From an uncultured virus (IMG/VR IMGVR_UViG_3300042344_000419) (taxonomy: Duplodnaviria > Heunggongvirae > Uroviricota > Caudoviricetes), in IMG/VR virus record IMGVR_UViG_3300042344_000419: DNA of 54,506 nucleotides; one strand, written 5' to 3'. The translations under genes and the position numbers were made by a program. This document shows positions 29,601 through 37,133 of this stretch, one piece after another. The stretch's first letter is position 1. The number at the start of each line of letters is the position of its first letter. The notes under the pieces were generated by a model. It searched no databases. It was given only the letters and a program-made list of their open reading frames with translations, and was not told where the DNA came from.

Positions 29601-31744
29601 TTAATCCTGATTCACAAACATACAAGAACGACTATCAGGCTGGCCTAGCCAAGGCTCGCAGTGGTGGCGTAACAAAGGCCGAGGTGGACGGTCAGATCGA
29701 ATACCTTGCCTCGCCTGAAACCGACAGCCCATTCGGCCAGATCGGTAGCGGGCTGACTAAAGATCTTTCCATCATCACTGCCAGAAAGAATATCCCCGAG
29801 GAGATCCGCATGCTGTGGGGTGAGATCAAAGATCCTCGGGTTAACTTCCTTAAGTCCGTCCAGAAGATGTCTGGGTTTCTCGAGGCACACAACATGCTCA
29901 AAGGAATGCGGGACGCTGGGATGAATAAGATCTTCTTTACCACTCCACGCACTGGGTTCACGACCAAGCTGGTATCGGACGGAAGCAGGACTTCCAGCCC
30001 GCTCAACATGTTCATCGATGGCATGAGTAACGATGTCTACACCAGCGAGGAGATCTCCACCGCACTTCGTAATACATTTGGTGGTCGTGCCAAGGCTCAG
30101 GACTTCTTGGGCAAGATGGGCGAGCTTTACCTCAAGGCCAACGGATTCTCCAAGTTCGCCAAGACTGTGCTGTCCGTGCAGACGCAGGTCAGGAACTTAC
30201 TTGGCAACGGGTCGTTCCTAGTCGCCAACGGATACATCTTCTCGCCTGACGGGATCACGGCACTCAACAAGCTCAGGACGCTGGCACTTCCTTCCGCTGG
30301 TACTCAGCTCGGGATTAACAAGAGCAAAGAGTTCCGTGACTACAACGCCAAGCTGACTCGGCTGGGCATCCTCGGGCAAAGCGTATTCGCCAATGAAATG
30401 GAGTCATACTTCAAGGATGCGAACGTAAGCACAGCTGCCGACTTCCTAGACAACCATGTTACTAAAGGGCTAAAGGCTATTGGCCGTGGTGCCACCAACC
30501 TTTACCAGCTGGGTGACGCAATCCCCAAGATCGTGGCCTTCGAGGTCGAGCTGTCCAGACTCAGGAAGGCTTACCCAACCCAACCGTTGTCCAAGCTGGA
30601 GCCTATGGCAGCTGATAAAGTTCTTAACCTCCTGCCTACCTACAGCCGTATCCCTCGCCTTGGCAACGTCCTCCGCTCCCAACCTTTCGTCGGTGCTTTC
30701 ATCAGCTTCCCGCTCGAGGTGGTAAGGACTGGCTACAATCTTCTCGGCACAATCAACGACGAGCTGAGGAGCGATAACCCTGCCATCCGTCAGGCTGGTG
30801 CCTACAGGCTGGCAGGAACCATGATGGCCAGCATTGGATTCAGCGCAGTCGCAGCTGGCATCGCATCTGCGATGGGTATCGATGACGATGAGGATCAGGC
30901 AATCCGCAAGCTGGATGCACCTTGGGATAAGTATGCTACCAAGCTGTACCTTGGCCGTGACGATAAGGGTAACGTCAATCAGGTCAACCTGTCCTACGTC
31001 GATCCGTACAACTACTTCCGTGATCCTATCATTGCCCTGATGAAGATGGACGGAACTTGGGATCAGAAGCTACTGGAGTCTGTGAAGACAGCGTTCCAGC
31101 CCCTGTACGGTGAGCAGATCCTAGCCAGCAAGATCCTTGATATATCACGCAACACCAAGGGAACTACGGGTGGCAGGGTCTACAACCCAGAGGCAGACCT
31201 AGCCTCGAGGGCAGCTGCCGTATCTGCCCACATGTTTGATGCCTTCAATATCGGAACCGTTGTTTCATCCGTCAGGGTCTACAAGGGTCTTACTGGTCAG
31301 GTGACCCAGACTGGCCGTGCCTACGACCCAGCCCTCGAAACGATTGCAACATTAACTGGTCAACGAGTTGTCACTTTAGATCCTCGCCAGAGCTTGGGCT
31401 TCACTGCCCGCAAGTTCAGCAACAGGCTCAACGATGCGACAGGGATCTTTACAGCTGCCTACTACGACAGGAGCAACGTGAGCAACGAGGCAAGGATGGA
31501 AGCCTACAGGCAGATGAGAAGCTCCCGTAAGGAGATCTTCAACGAAACGTCTGGAATCATTAGTGCAGCCATGAAGCTGGGTGTGAGCAGGGGAGAAGTG
31601 ATGAGGATTCTTAAAGAGCAGGGTGTGAGCATGGACAACTCAAGGGCACTGCTGTCTGGGAATGTGGCCGTCTACAAGCCAGCCAAGAGAGAGATGAAAG
31701 GTGACGCTATTCGGTTTGGTCAACAGGTGTACGCAGAACAATAA
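23639..31744 (+). CDS. Giant multi-domain (polyvalent-like) internal virion protein, 2701 aa
   Basis: N-terminal G/A-rich hydrophobic helices, HELGH zincin motif at aa 706, glycosylase-like motifs at aa ~900-1052, STRG linker repeats, helical C-terminus. Confidence 0.85.
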   Translation: MAITPWDDIKAQVGYDELPTEGKVDTINKYSQYVQEYYTQVEPRDEKEVGQASDEFVKIASQDALGDLGAVERGSAFLGNIYKGASGTFTSAFKAAALAQQAIGESLGNYDDNTPVTERDIYKIAQNIDESVKQTTGIEDPRLRNDFINTLLPQGLGSALGFFGVAAAAAAAAPEAAVGAVGLGTAAVLGAATNAGSTYEEARQAGANEFTSRASALAGGAIGLTEAIPLGGLAGRLTAGIAKRSILRGVVEGATEEFLQETGSQMANNFVASKFAGYDPNRGIMDGALQSGAVGLVTGGLIGGGVNAITRDNEAFYAEKLSDELKSKADLAASLTPERLTQITEAARNANTTTQQRIDIETGETETTSTPKTVFGDRLAGEVPDIGQNPAINSVPLGRSVSQDGDGNNTETFTFHTPQGLLWEAEFRTGQPVRVRDVTDDSPLLNPITSPADPRTATRSQFTGRIISPTSSIAKEFGLETEQEMDRRLIAEAQREMQLGRVTDQTLLPDNQIIPESVSRDDRGVARQVVLSNEIERLYKIREGVLARQILVGENPNAGTTEYDPNTAREVIRYDSEGNKIENKQETSQRVARLNRMIGMRETELRGLTARPEGYILASERNTPPSASQKLSLVQGFQNLWNSISSPALRNAITFEVGDITPLIESGQVPKGAVAYYKRASDGRKAMIFLSDKLATMPMARREMIHELGHAFWDTLPAGVQAEIRGLWRAETESRTGALFDEFGGLKAEVSPRVMESVQEFFSERLAWTNDQWAKGLSEQNSVMDKAGRAFRNLLDRFLRYTGHGERLNLEFRSFLDQGDRFKGLRTRVEQAVRAGRAGINEEPQTSIRGLTGNENIQPKKERVGTTGQYVGMPEGINSPEKLQELQDKLQSLTFEGEAGRFWYERSSEEILKMVGGNVKDAETLVAFIAAYSPQNRVYPNWGQAVRAYAEYKRGQKITQGKTGRDIERGQRIADGERWSGIKTNNFYHNLMIRIDPSQTVKGATVDMWIMRVFGYKSDAPSATQYAAAENTIKEIARRIGWEPQQVQAAMWVAGKAKWEDIIWPEIKAEAKRKGDLIQVENEAGKKKWEFRSKEIAEEYRNKAMSRVFDSLNVDIKEAAMDFSDMAKRNLATVSMETRFGTTTNERWQDNLSFEQLLQYHQQKEQILTDTSGINIVLREFGVPMDNMYSAVGLWKSQTNPLTQIEVPSYRDTGSKRFAADKNIKANLDDAISALGLLLKQDGMAYHQPYFDAQVKDSNGVEFRLGRKTTAEETAKLNDAFNSGYAIVNVRDGFRVLKFDDSMDNVAFHKDAKARVESIFDDSQSIQMDRFAFDGNLIENDWSKNTNGENYRSRIKESGRSDILGRLEDNLRPQIERLDAYWRGIAESGGRTETESAGRQGAGTKQSPQVGGIQEAGSPEVRASTRGAQPRNEVIQQAANDFFEGRISREELNRISEEQKPARPVTSIPILTDDEARSSLDAGKQGMYGAARTLEEGTPVGLRIDIPSYNRTGNYVVTVHNQAEGKSRVGKVIGYDRIAAVKDARFFNASEKVTLSIAQGYSKTPLATVEGKYIPMANAPAGLLENYQQVGFDPQRHSYFYSKQNGNPVISADEAILIGNTVFVKGAVEGNRGDFLFSTRGEQAPALINDISQRFNLSQELQKEVVERIRLQGITRQVIEDDNDWQRTAIYEAVRDISEDGILISQLPENKKALFLSEKQKNIDNIVNIEQGYGEDAQGDLLDNEAIRYEGVLNRLGIGEERQAQIGEAGKLLNKIEKYFDKREAIQQNAGDYLASTRGEQAKKLLEPVISFGRQQLRTGGALPYDIFRMTEQRGFNVNEKMLRAQNAVSDIEAAVKRSYGKSLDQLPEVEIARINEGLQNPMARAKLPTDVASAVGNARNLIDSLTQDLLRSGAISEDLKPVLEANKGVYLNRSYEKWENPNYKNPFNTLPKQVQNKLVTTVTSYLHNKYANAYAKEQSLARGEVAINPDSQTYKNDYQAGLAKARSGGVTKAEVDGQIEYLASPETDSPFGQIGSGLTKDLSIITARKNIPEEIRMLWGEIKDPRVNFLKSVQKMSGFLEAHNMLKGMRDAGMNKIFFTTPRTGFTTKLVSDGSRTSSPLNMFIDGMSNDVYTSEEISTALRNTFGGRAKAQDFLGKMGELYLKANGFSKFAKTVLSVQTQVRNLLGNGSFLVANGYIFSPDGITALNKLRTLALPSAGTQLGINKSKEFRDYNAKLTRLGILGQSVFANEMESYFKDANVSTAADFLDNHVTKGLKAIGRGATNLYQLGDAIPKIVAFEVELSRLRKAYPTQPLSKLEPMAADKVLNLLPTYSRIPRLGNVLRSQPFVGAFISFPLEVVRTGYNLLGTINDELRSDNPAIRQAGAYRLAGTMMASIGFSAVAAGIASAMGIDDDEDQAIRKLDAPWDKYATKLYLGRDDKGNVNQVNLSYVDPYNYFRDPIIALMKMDGTWDQKLLESVKTAFQPLYGEQILASKILDISRNTKGTTGGRVYNPEADLASRAAAVSAHMFDAFNIGTVVSSVRVYKGLTGQVTQTGRAYDPALETIATLTGQRVVTLDPRQSLGFTARKFSNRLNDATGIFTAAYYDRSNVSNEARMEAYRQMRSSRKEIFNETSGIISAAMKLGVSRGEVMRILKEQGVSMDNSRALLSGNVAVYKPAKREMKGDAIRFGQQVYAEQ

Positions 31745-31988
31745 CTGCGTTACGACCAACACGCTTGCCGAAACAAGTCTCCCCACCCCTGCGTCCAAGC
31801 GCAACGAAGTCTCCGTCTTCATCCATCTCCCCAATATAGGAGTGTCTAGGACTGGAGATAAAAACGGAACGCTCCTCAAGGCCATCCTGTTTATCAACGG
31901 AAAGGTAGCCACCGAAGTTATTGGGGATAATTTCCTGAGCAAAAGAAAGCGAACCAATGCTGAGTAATAAGATAAGTGCTAGTCTCAT
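31707..31988 (-). CDS. Small secreted protein (moron-like)
   Basis: Signal peptide MRLALILLLSIGSLSFA; own promoter TTGCCA-17-TAAATT-6-ATG (32023 to 31988). Confidence 0.65.
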   Translation of the reverse strand: MRLALILLLSIGSLSFAQEIIPNNFGGYLSVDKQDGLEERSVFISSPRHSYIGEMDEDGDFVALGRRGGETCFGKRVGRNAVIVLRTPVDQTE

Positions 31989-32301
31989 GGATTCAATTTA
32001 CCTCAAGCTCGCAGAACTGGCAAAGAAGAGCTGTGTCATACGAAGCGGTAAGATCACCCTTAAGATCCCCGTGATCAAATACGCCGAAAACTCGTTTATC
32101 TTTTTCCTTATAGATTCAGAGGAGCAGTGCGCCATCAACCTCAACGTGAAGCTATATGATTTCTTTACATCTAGGGGCATCTGGCCAGATTTAGAGGGTG
32201 GGTACTTCATTGTCTCTGAGTTAACATTGCTTCTGGAAGCCATTGATAGTGAGTACTCTGGAGAGAAGAAGTTCAACTCTTCTACAGCGCAAAGCAGTTA
32301 G
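31987..32301 (+). CDS. Hypothetical protein (strand uncertain)
   Basis: MDSIYLKLAELAKK... reads as protein-like, but an antisense ORF (31998-32276) covers the same span. Confidence 0.3.
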   Translation: MDSIYLKLAELAKKSCVIRSGKITLKIPVIKYAENSFIFFLIDSEEQCAINLNVKLYDFFTSRGIWPDLEGGYFIVSELTLLLEAIDSEYSGEKKFNSSTAQSS

Positions 32302-32425
32302 AGTAAAAGTCCATTTAGGTTTATGATCAGAATGATGGAGTGTCTGCTTCTGTCTGTTACTGTTGATATTTGTCACTATTAATCACCTCTTTTTGCAGGC
32401 ATCGTTAACATTAGGTTAACAAATT

Positions 32426-32746
32426 TCAGGCTGGTTTATTGGATGTTGTGATCATCGAGGAAACTTCAAGTAGCCCAAGTTTCGTGCTGCAATGATCCCC
32501 GTTCTTTACCCCAAAGATAATCCCCTTCCCACCCAGCCCGTGATCGCCAATCCTAAAGGCACCGCCAAACCGCTTGGACTTATCCTTGATCAGCCACTCC
32601 TCATCCACAAAAAGAACTTCCGTACTGCTGATTTTAATCGGGGCTAAGTACCCTCCTATGATCTTCTGAATCTCCTCAAGATGCCCCTTAACCTCAATCT
32701 CTGAGATGGCTGGAGTGGCAAGCGGGTCGATCAGGATAGCTCTCAT
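32426..32746 (-). CDS. DUF3846-like phage protein
   Basis: LEEIQKIIGGYL...LFVDEE...GKGIIFG pattern; ATGA overlap with the integrase. Confidence 0.65.
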   Translation of the reverse strand: MRAILIDPLATPAISEIEVKGHLEEIQKIIGGYLAPIKISSTEVLFVDEEWLIKDKSKRFGGAFRIGDHGLGGKGIIFGVKNGDHCSTKLGLLEVSSMITTSNKPA

Positions 32747-33738
32747 TGCAGTATCCCAATCGCATCCCGAAGGGAATCTTTGGAGATGTGGGTATACCGC
32801 TTCGTGATAGCCCAGCTGGAGTGACCAGCTAGCTGACTGATCTGTGCCATACCAGCCTGCTTCTCTGCCATCATGGAGATAAAGGTGTGACGAAGATAAT
32901 GGTGGGTCGTATTGATCCCAGCCTCCTTCATGGCGTTAGCTACCTTGGTTCCAAGGTGGTTCGCCCGAAGGGGTATAAGCCTAGCGTTGCTGACGAGATC
33001 CATCTTGGAGAAGACATCCTCGAGTACTGGGTGAAGTGGCAGCTCCTGTACTTTCGGGGAACCCTCACGGCTACCCTTTCTCCTGCGGAAGATAATCGTC
33101 TTGGAATTAAAGTCGATGTCCTCACCGTAAAGGTTCACGCAGTCACCAACCCGTGCCCCAGCGTAAAGCCCCAACAAGATGGCTAGGAGTACAGATCCCT
33201 TGGCATGACCTATCAGGGCATCGATCTCCTCCTTCTTGAGGCACCGCCTCGGGGTCTTTGGAGTTCTCTTGAATTGGATCTCAGACCAAGGGTTCTTTGT
33301 GGCAAGGTTCCTCTTGATACCCCATGTCCACAGGCTGGAAATTAAGGCACGATAAAGCTCCTTACTGTTATCGTGCAGGTGCGAGAGGCAGGTAGACATG
33401 AACTGATCACATTCATGCACCCCAATGGATGTGACCTTCTTTGCGCCCATATGCTGGCACAGTCTATCCAGCACGGCTTTCTTCTTAGTTGCCGTATACA
33501 GGGCAAGGGAAGGCTTCGACTCCCAATACTGCCCGATCATGTCTGATACGTTGGCTGAATTGTCAACGTATGGTAGGCCATGCTTGTTGCACCCCTCCAT
33601 CATTCGATACTTTTCGAGGACTGCTCTGGCTACCTCGTTGGGTGACCTTCCAGCTTGGAAGGTGGATACACCCGACTGCCTACCGTCAATACGGTAGTAT
33701 ACATACCAGAACTGTCCCCTCTTGACCAACGATGCCAT
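32743..33738 (-). CDS. int: Tyrosine recombinase/integrase (phage B)
   Basis: GARVGD, HYLRHTF and LAGHSSWAITKRY catalytic motifs; N-terminal arm-binding-like beta domain. Confidence 0.93.
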   Translation of the reverse strand: MASLVKRGQFWYVYYRIDGRQSGVSTFQAGRSPNEVARAVLEKYRMMEGCNKHGLPYVDNSANVSDMIGQYWESKPSLALYTATKKKAVLDRLCQHMGAKKVTSIGVHECDQFMSTCLSHLHDNSKELYRALISSLWTWGIKRNLATKNPWSEIQFKRTPKTPRRCLKKEEIDALIGHAKGSVLLAILLGLYAGARVGDCVNLYGEDIDFNSKTIIFRRRKGSREGSPKVQELPLHPVLEDVFSKMDLVSNARLIPLRANHLGTKVANAMKEAGINTTHHYLRHTFISMMAEKQAGMAQISQLAGHSSWAITKRYTHISKDSLRDAIGILQ

Positions 33739-34005
33739 TTAGCTGGACGCTTGTTTGGCGTTGTAGGTCATTGCCTGCCTCAACATGAACACCATCTTCG
33801 GCGGGTGATTGCTCTCAGTGAGGGAGCGGGACATCTCGTCGATGGCCATCACGCTTTCGATGATGATGCTGTTCTCCGAACGGTCGAGTAACTTACTCAT
33901 CCGCTCGGCTGCTTGTTTCATTTCCTTCGGGCATCTCAGCCCGATATTATACGCTAACGCACCACTGGCAGAACCAGTGACGGTTTTTGTAGCTCTTGTT
34001 TTCAT
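33739..34005 (-). CDS. Arc-like ribbon-helix-helix repressor candidate
   Basis: YNIGLRCPKEMKQAAERMSKLLDRSENSII; abuts the integrase and is divergent from the lytic operon. Confidence 0.75.
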   Translation of the reverse strand: MKTRATKTVTGSASGALAYNIGLRCPKEMKQAAERMSKLLDRSENSIIIESVMAIDEMSRSLTESNHPPKMVFMLRQAMTYNAKQASS

Positions 34006-34098
34006 AGTGACAAAATATGACAGATGACAACTGGTGTCAAATTAAAATAATTTGTAAGCAGATGTTGACATTTGGTGGCAGATTGTTACTTATCCCAT
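34006..34098. promoter_or_regulatory. Divergent promoter pair (genetic switch), both apparently leaderless
   Basis: Minus strand: TTGACA(34040)-17-TATTTT-6-ATG(34005). Plus strand: TTGACA(34065)-16-TACTTA-6-ATG(34099). Several TGACA/TGTCA boxes in between. Confidence 0.75.
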
Positions 34099-34320
34099 AT
34101 GTCACAACCAAAACAGCACCGAAAAAAGTATTCTCCAGAGGAGATTTCACGAATCAGCACACAATCTTGGTGGACTCTTCGTGACACCGCAATCTATCTG
34201 AACCGCACCTACGGATCTGTCCGTAACTGGGCTGCGAAAGTTTCTCTGAAAAGATGTCCGAACGACAAACGATTAACCTGCAAGCGTTGGGTTGATAGTG
34301 CCCTTTTGGGCAAGTCATAG
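34099..34320 (+). CDS. Xis/Cro-like HTH DNA-binding protein
   Basis: WWTLRDTAIYLNRTYGSVRNWA; start moved to ATG 34099. Confidence 0.7.
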   Translation: MSQPKQHRKKYSPEEISRISTQSWWTLRDTAIYLNRTYGSVRNWAAKVSLKRCPNDKRLTCKRWVDSALLGKS

Positions 34321-34384
34321 GACAGCATTTGTCTCACGGCAAATGTATTATTACTAAAAAACAAAATAGAAAGGACGGGAATAT

Positions 34385-35059
34385 ATGAAAGAAGTAGGTG
34401 GATTAAAGGCAATCGACATGAAAGGGAAGGCGTATGTGATGGTGCATACACGAGTGAGCGGTTTTCATGCGATGTATCCGAATGGTCGGATCGAGACTGA
34501 GATTATTGGAGATCCAGCCAGCCATGTATTTATGCGGGCGAAGGTGACTCCGAACGTCGAGCATCCCGAGCGTTACTTTATCGGGCACAGCCAATCCAAG
34601 TGGACTGGCATGATTGCTGGGGCAGCTGCCCTAGAAGTGGCAGAGACCTCTGCAGTGGGTCGTGCTTTGGGCTTCCTGAATATCGGGATCGAGGATGGGC
34701 TTTGCTCCTCCGAGGAACTCGACAAAGCGAAGGCCGTGACCCCTCAGAAGTCAGATAACATCTTCTCTCTGGAGCGGGAGCTGGTTAAGAACAAGTCCAC
34801 TGAAAGCCTTGGCGAATTGACCGAGGCATTCATCAAGATGTGCGACCAGCACCAGCTGACCGATGGCGATCTCTACAAGTTTGCGAGATCCCTTAATTCT
34901 TCATCTTGTAAAAAACTTGGCATCAGTTTCCCAGCGGTGCCAGCGAAGACCGACAAGATCGATGAGCCTTTCATTGGTGTGGCTGATACCGCACTACTGT
35001 CGGCCATCGTCAAGCACGGCAAGCTCGTGGTTGAAAGAATCAAGGGCGAAGTAAAATGA
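34385..35059 (+). CDS. Putative single-strand annealing recombinase (Rad52/Sak-like)
   Basis: YV.V..RV..F...YPNGRIET and AETSAVGRALG motifs; next to exonuclease and SSB-like genes. Confidence 0.6.
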   Translation: MKEVGGLKAIDMKGKAYVMVHTRVSGFHAMYPNGRIETEIIGDPASHVFMRAKVTPNVEHPERYFIGHSQSKWTGMIAGAAALEVAETSAVGRALGFLNIGIEDGLCSSEELDKAKAVTPQKSDNIFSLERELVKNKSTESLGELTEAFIKMCDQHQLTDGDLYKFARSLNSSSCKKLGISFPAVPAKTDKIDEPFIGVADTALLSAIVKHGKLVVERIKGEVK

Positions 35060-35223
35060 CGGCCAAGTTTGGAGAATGGAAGACTGCCACGTTCGGTGAA
35101 CCAAGGGACGTTCCTGTCTCTAAGAAGAGCTGGGATCGGGCAATTAAAAACATTCATACTAAACAACCGAAGAAAACCTCTTCGGGTAAGAAGCGTCTGC
35201 CAAGCAGACGCAAGGTAAAATAG
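35056..35223 (+). CDS. Small basic hypothetical protein (55 aa)
   Basis: Manual translation MTAKFGEWK...; ATGA overlap. Confidence 0.45.
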   Translation: MTAKFGEWKTATFGEPRDVPVSKKSWDRAIKNIHTKQPKKTSSGKKRLPSRRKVK

Positions 35224-35317
35224 CATATCCCTTTTGTGATATGGATTACGAAACCCAAGTACTAGCAATGGAGGCAGCTGTAATGATTATTTTCTTAGTC
35301 ATTGTAGCTAAAGGATT

Positions 35318-36034
35318 ATGAGGACAGTTCAGCTATTTCTCGACGAGCCACACCAGAAGTACAGGAACAAATACGGGGATATCCTGCCGTCCGTTACTTC
35401 AATAATCGGAAAGCATATAGCCATTCCCCAGCTAGTGCCTTGGGCATTTGGGCTAGGCAAGAGAGGCAAGTGTCTCGAGAAGGATGGTGGTAAGAAGCGG
35501 AGGATCGGATCGATATTCCACTTCGGTGCCCACGGCTTCCTTGATGGATTTAAGTGTGACTTCAGTCTGTGTGCCAAGGACGAGGTCGAGTGTGCCGAGG
35601 AGATGATCGAGGGATTCAAGAAGTGGTGGTGGAAGAGCGGTCTGGATCGCATCCACTGCGAGCTTCAGCTTGCCAGTGATAAGCACGGCTTCGGTGGAAC
35701 TGTAGACCTTATCGCTCGGGATAAGCAGGGGAGGCTGGTGCTGGTTGACTTCAAGACCAGCTCATCCCTCAAGCCCCAGTACGAACTGCAGATGGCTGGT
35801 TACAAGATGCTCTACGAGGACTGCCACCCGTTCGACGAGGACATTGAGGCAGTAAAGTTACTTCGTATCGGGTACGAGAACGACATTGAGGAAAGAAACT
35901 TTGAGGACTTAACCCCGCAGATGGAGGCGTGGAAAGCGATCTTGCGCTTCCATTCTGCATACAAACAAATCGAAGATCGCACGAAAGGACAGAAAACATG
36001 GCCACGGAAACGCAAGTCAAAGGCATCAAGCTAA
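35318..36034 (+). CDS. PD-(D/E)XK exonuclease (Cas4/RecB-like)
   Basis: PSVTSI, GSIFH, GGTVDLI, LVDFKTS and QMAGY motifs. Confidence 0.85.
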   Translation: MRTVQLFLDEPHQKYRNKYGDILPSVTSIIGKHIAIPQLVPWAFGLGKRGKCLEKDGGKKRRIGSIFHFGAHGFLDGFKCDFSLCAKDEVECAEEMIEGFKKWWWKSGLDRIHCELQLASDKHGFGGTVDLIARDKQGRLVLVDFKTSSSLKPQYELQMAGYKMLYEDCHPFDEDIEAVKLLRIGYENDIEERNFEDLTPQMEAWKAILRFHSAYKQIEDRTKGQKTWPRKRKSKASS

Positions 36035-36255
36035 ACCTGTTTGGAAACAAACGGGCAGAAGAAAACCCGAAGGCACCTAAGTTCGCCAGCCCTCGCAAGA
36101 AGGATGGAGAGAAGTGGGTGGACGAGGCGATTGAGATCCCTGCTGGCAAGTACAAAGCTGCTTGCTGGGTGCGGGACGATAAGAACGGCAACAAGATGTT
36201 GTCGATCACACTCACCGATGTGGGTGGCACCGTCTCGGGTGGTGATATCTTTTAG
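35998..36255 (+). CDS. Putative ssDNA-binding protein (DUF736-like)
   Basis: LFGN....NPKAPKF...AACW....NGNKMLSI; RBS AAAGGA before ATG 35998. Confidence 0.55.
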   Translation: MATETQVKGIKLNLFGNKRAEENPKAPKFASPRKKDGEKWVDEAIEIPAGKYKAACWVRDDKNGNKMLSITLTDVGGTVSGGDIF

Positions 36256-36413
36256 TGAAAGATAAACCATTCTGGGAAAAGGAAGCTGCTGGCAAGAGGC
36301 TTGGAAACAAGCTCTCGCCTAAAGCAAAAGCCTATGCAAAGGCCAAGGCCAAAGCTGCTGGCAGACCCTATCCCAACCTAGTGGATAACGCAGCTGCCTC
36401 TAGGAAGTACTAA
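36255..36413 (+). CDS. Small conserved basic phage protein (52 aa)
   Basis: Manual translation MKDKPFWEK...AKAKAKAAGRPYPNLVDN. Confidence 0.6.
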   Translation: MKDKPFWEKEAAGKRLGNKLSPKAKAYAKAKAKAAGRPYPNLVDNAAASRKY

Positions 36414-36426
36414 TCGGTAAGCCGAG

Positions 36427-36789
36427 ATGCCAATCAATTCTTGCGCCAAGGGTAAGCGTGGAGAAAGAGCATGGAGGGATTTCCTTCGTGCCGTTGGTAT
36501 CTCGGCTCGGAGAGGTAGGCAGTACTCGGGTTCCCCAGACTCTCCCGATGTTGTGTCGGATGACGGCATGCACTGGGAGGTTAAGTGGGTTGAGAACCTG
36601 AATGTGTGGAAGGCCATCGAGCAGTCGGTCAGGGACTGCGGAGCTGGAAAGGTTCCAGCGGTAGCCTTTAAGAAAAACGGAACAGACTGGCTGGTTGCCA
36701 TGAGAGCTGAGGATTTCCTTAAGATCAAGGGCAACTGCCAAGCAGATGAAACTAAAACGGAGGTTAAAGGAATATGGATAAAGCATTAA
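36427..36789 (+). CDS. Hjc-type Holliday junction resolvase
   Basis: KGKRGER...PDVV...WEVK (PD-(D/E)XK). Confidence 0.82.
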   Translation: MPINSCAKGKRGERAWRDFLRAVGISARRGRQYSGSPDSPDVVSDDGMHWEVKWVENLNVWKAIEQSVRDCGAGKVPAVAFKKNGTDWLVAMRAEDFLKIKGNCQADETKTEVKGIWIKH

Positions 36790-37133
36790 CTGCATTGTTC
36801 TTAAGTGTCTGCATGAGCAACGCAGACCCGATCAAGGTCAGGTTAACAACCTATCATCGTGGTGAGGATTCATACACTCGGAGACTGAAGAGTGCCTCTG
36901 GCTACACGCTCAAGGAGGGCATCTCAGTTGCAGCTGACCCTCGGGTATTCGGCTACGGGAACTGGATCTATATCGACGGCATTGGTGCCCGTCAGGTTCA
37001 CGATACTGGGTCTGCTGTGATCAGCAGGAAAGCAAGCGGTGGAAAATTCCCCGTGATCGATGTGTTCTTTCACAGCCGTAAGGATGCGGAAGCGTTCGCT
37101 AATTCCCACAAGTACGCACTGGTATACCGATGA
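36774..37133 (+). CDS. 3D (Asp-Asp-Asp) domain protein with signal-like N-terminus
   Basis: VAADPRVF.YG..IYIDG, DTGSAV and IDVF. Confidence 0.82.
   Translation: MDKALTALFLSVCMSNADPIKVRLTTYHRGEDSYTRRLKSASGYTLKEGISVAADPRVFGYGNWIYIDGIGARQVHDTGSAVISRKASGGKFPVIDVFFHSRKDAEAFANSHKYALVYR

Noticed and set aside
35318..36034. Cas4-like protein as evidence of a CRISPR system
   Set aside because: It sits with SSAP-like, SSB-like and resolvase genes in a recombination module, with no cas genes or array.
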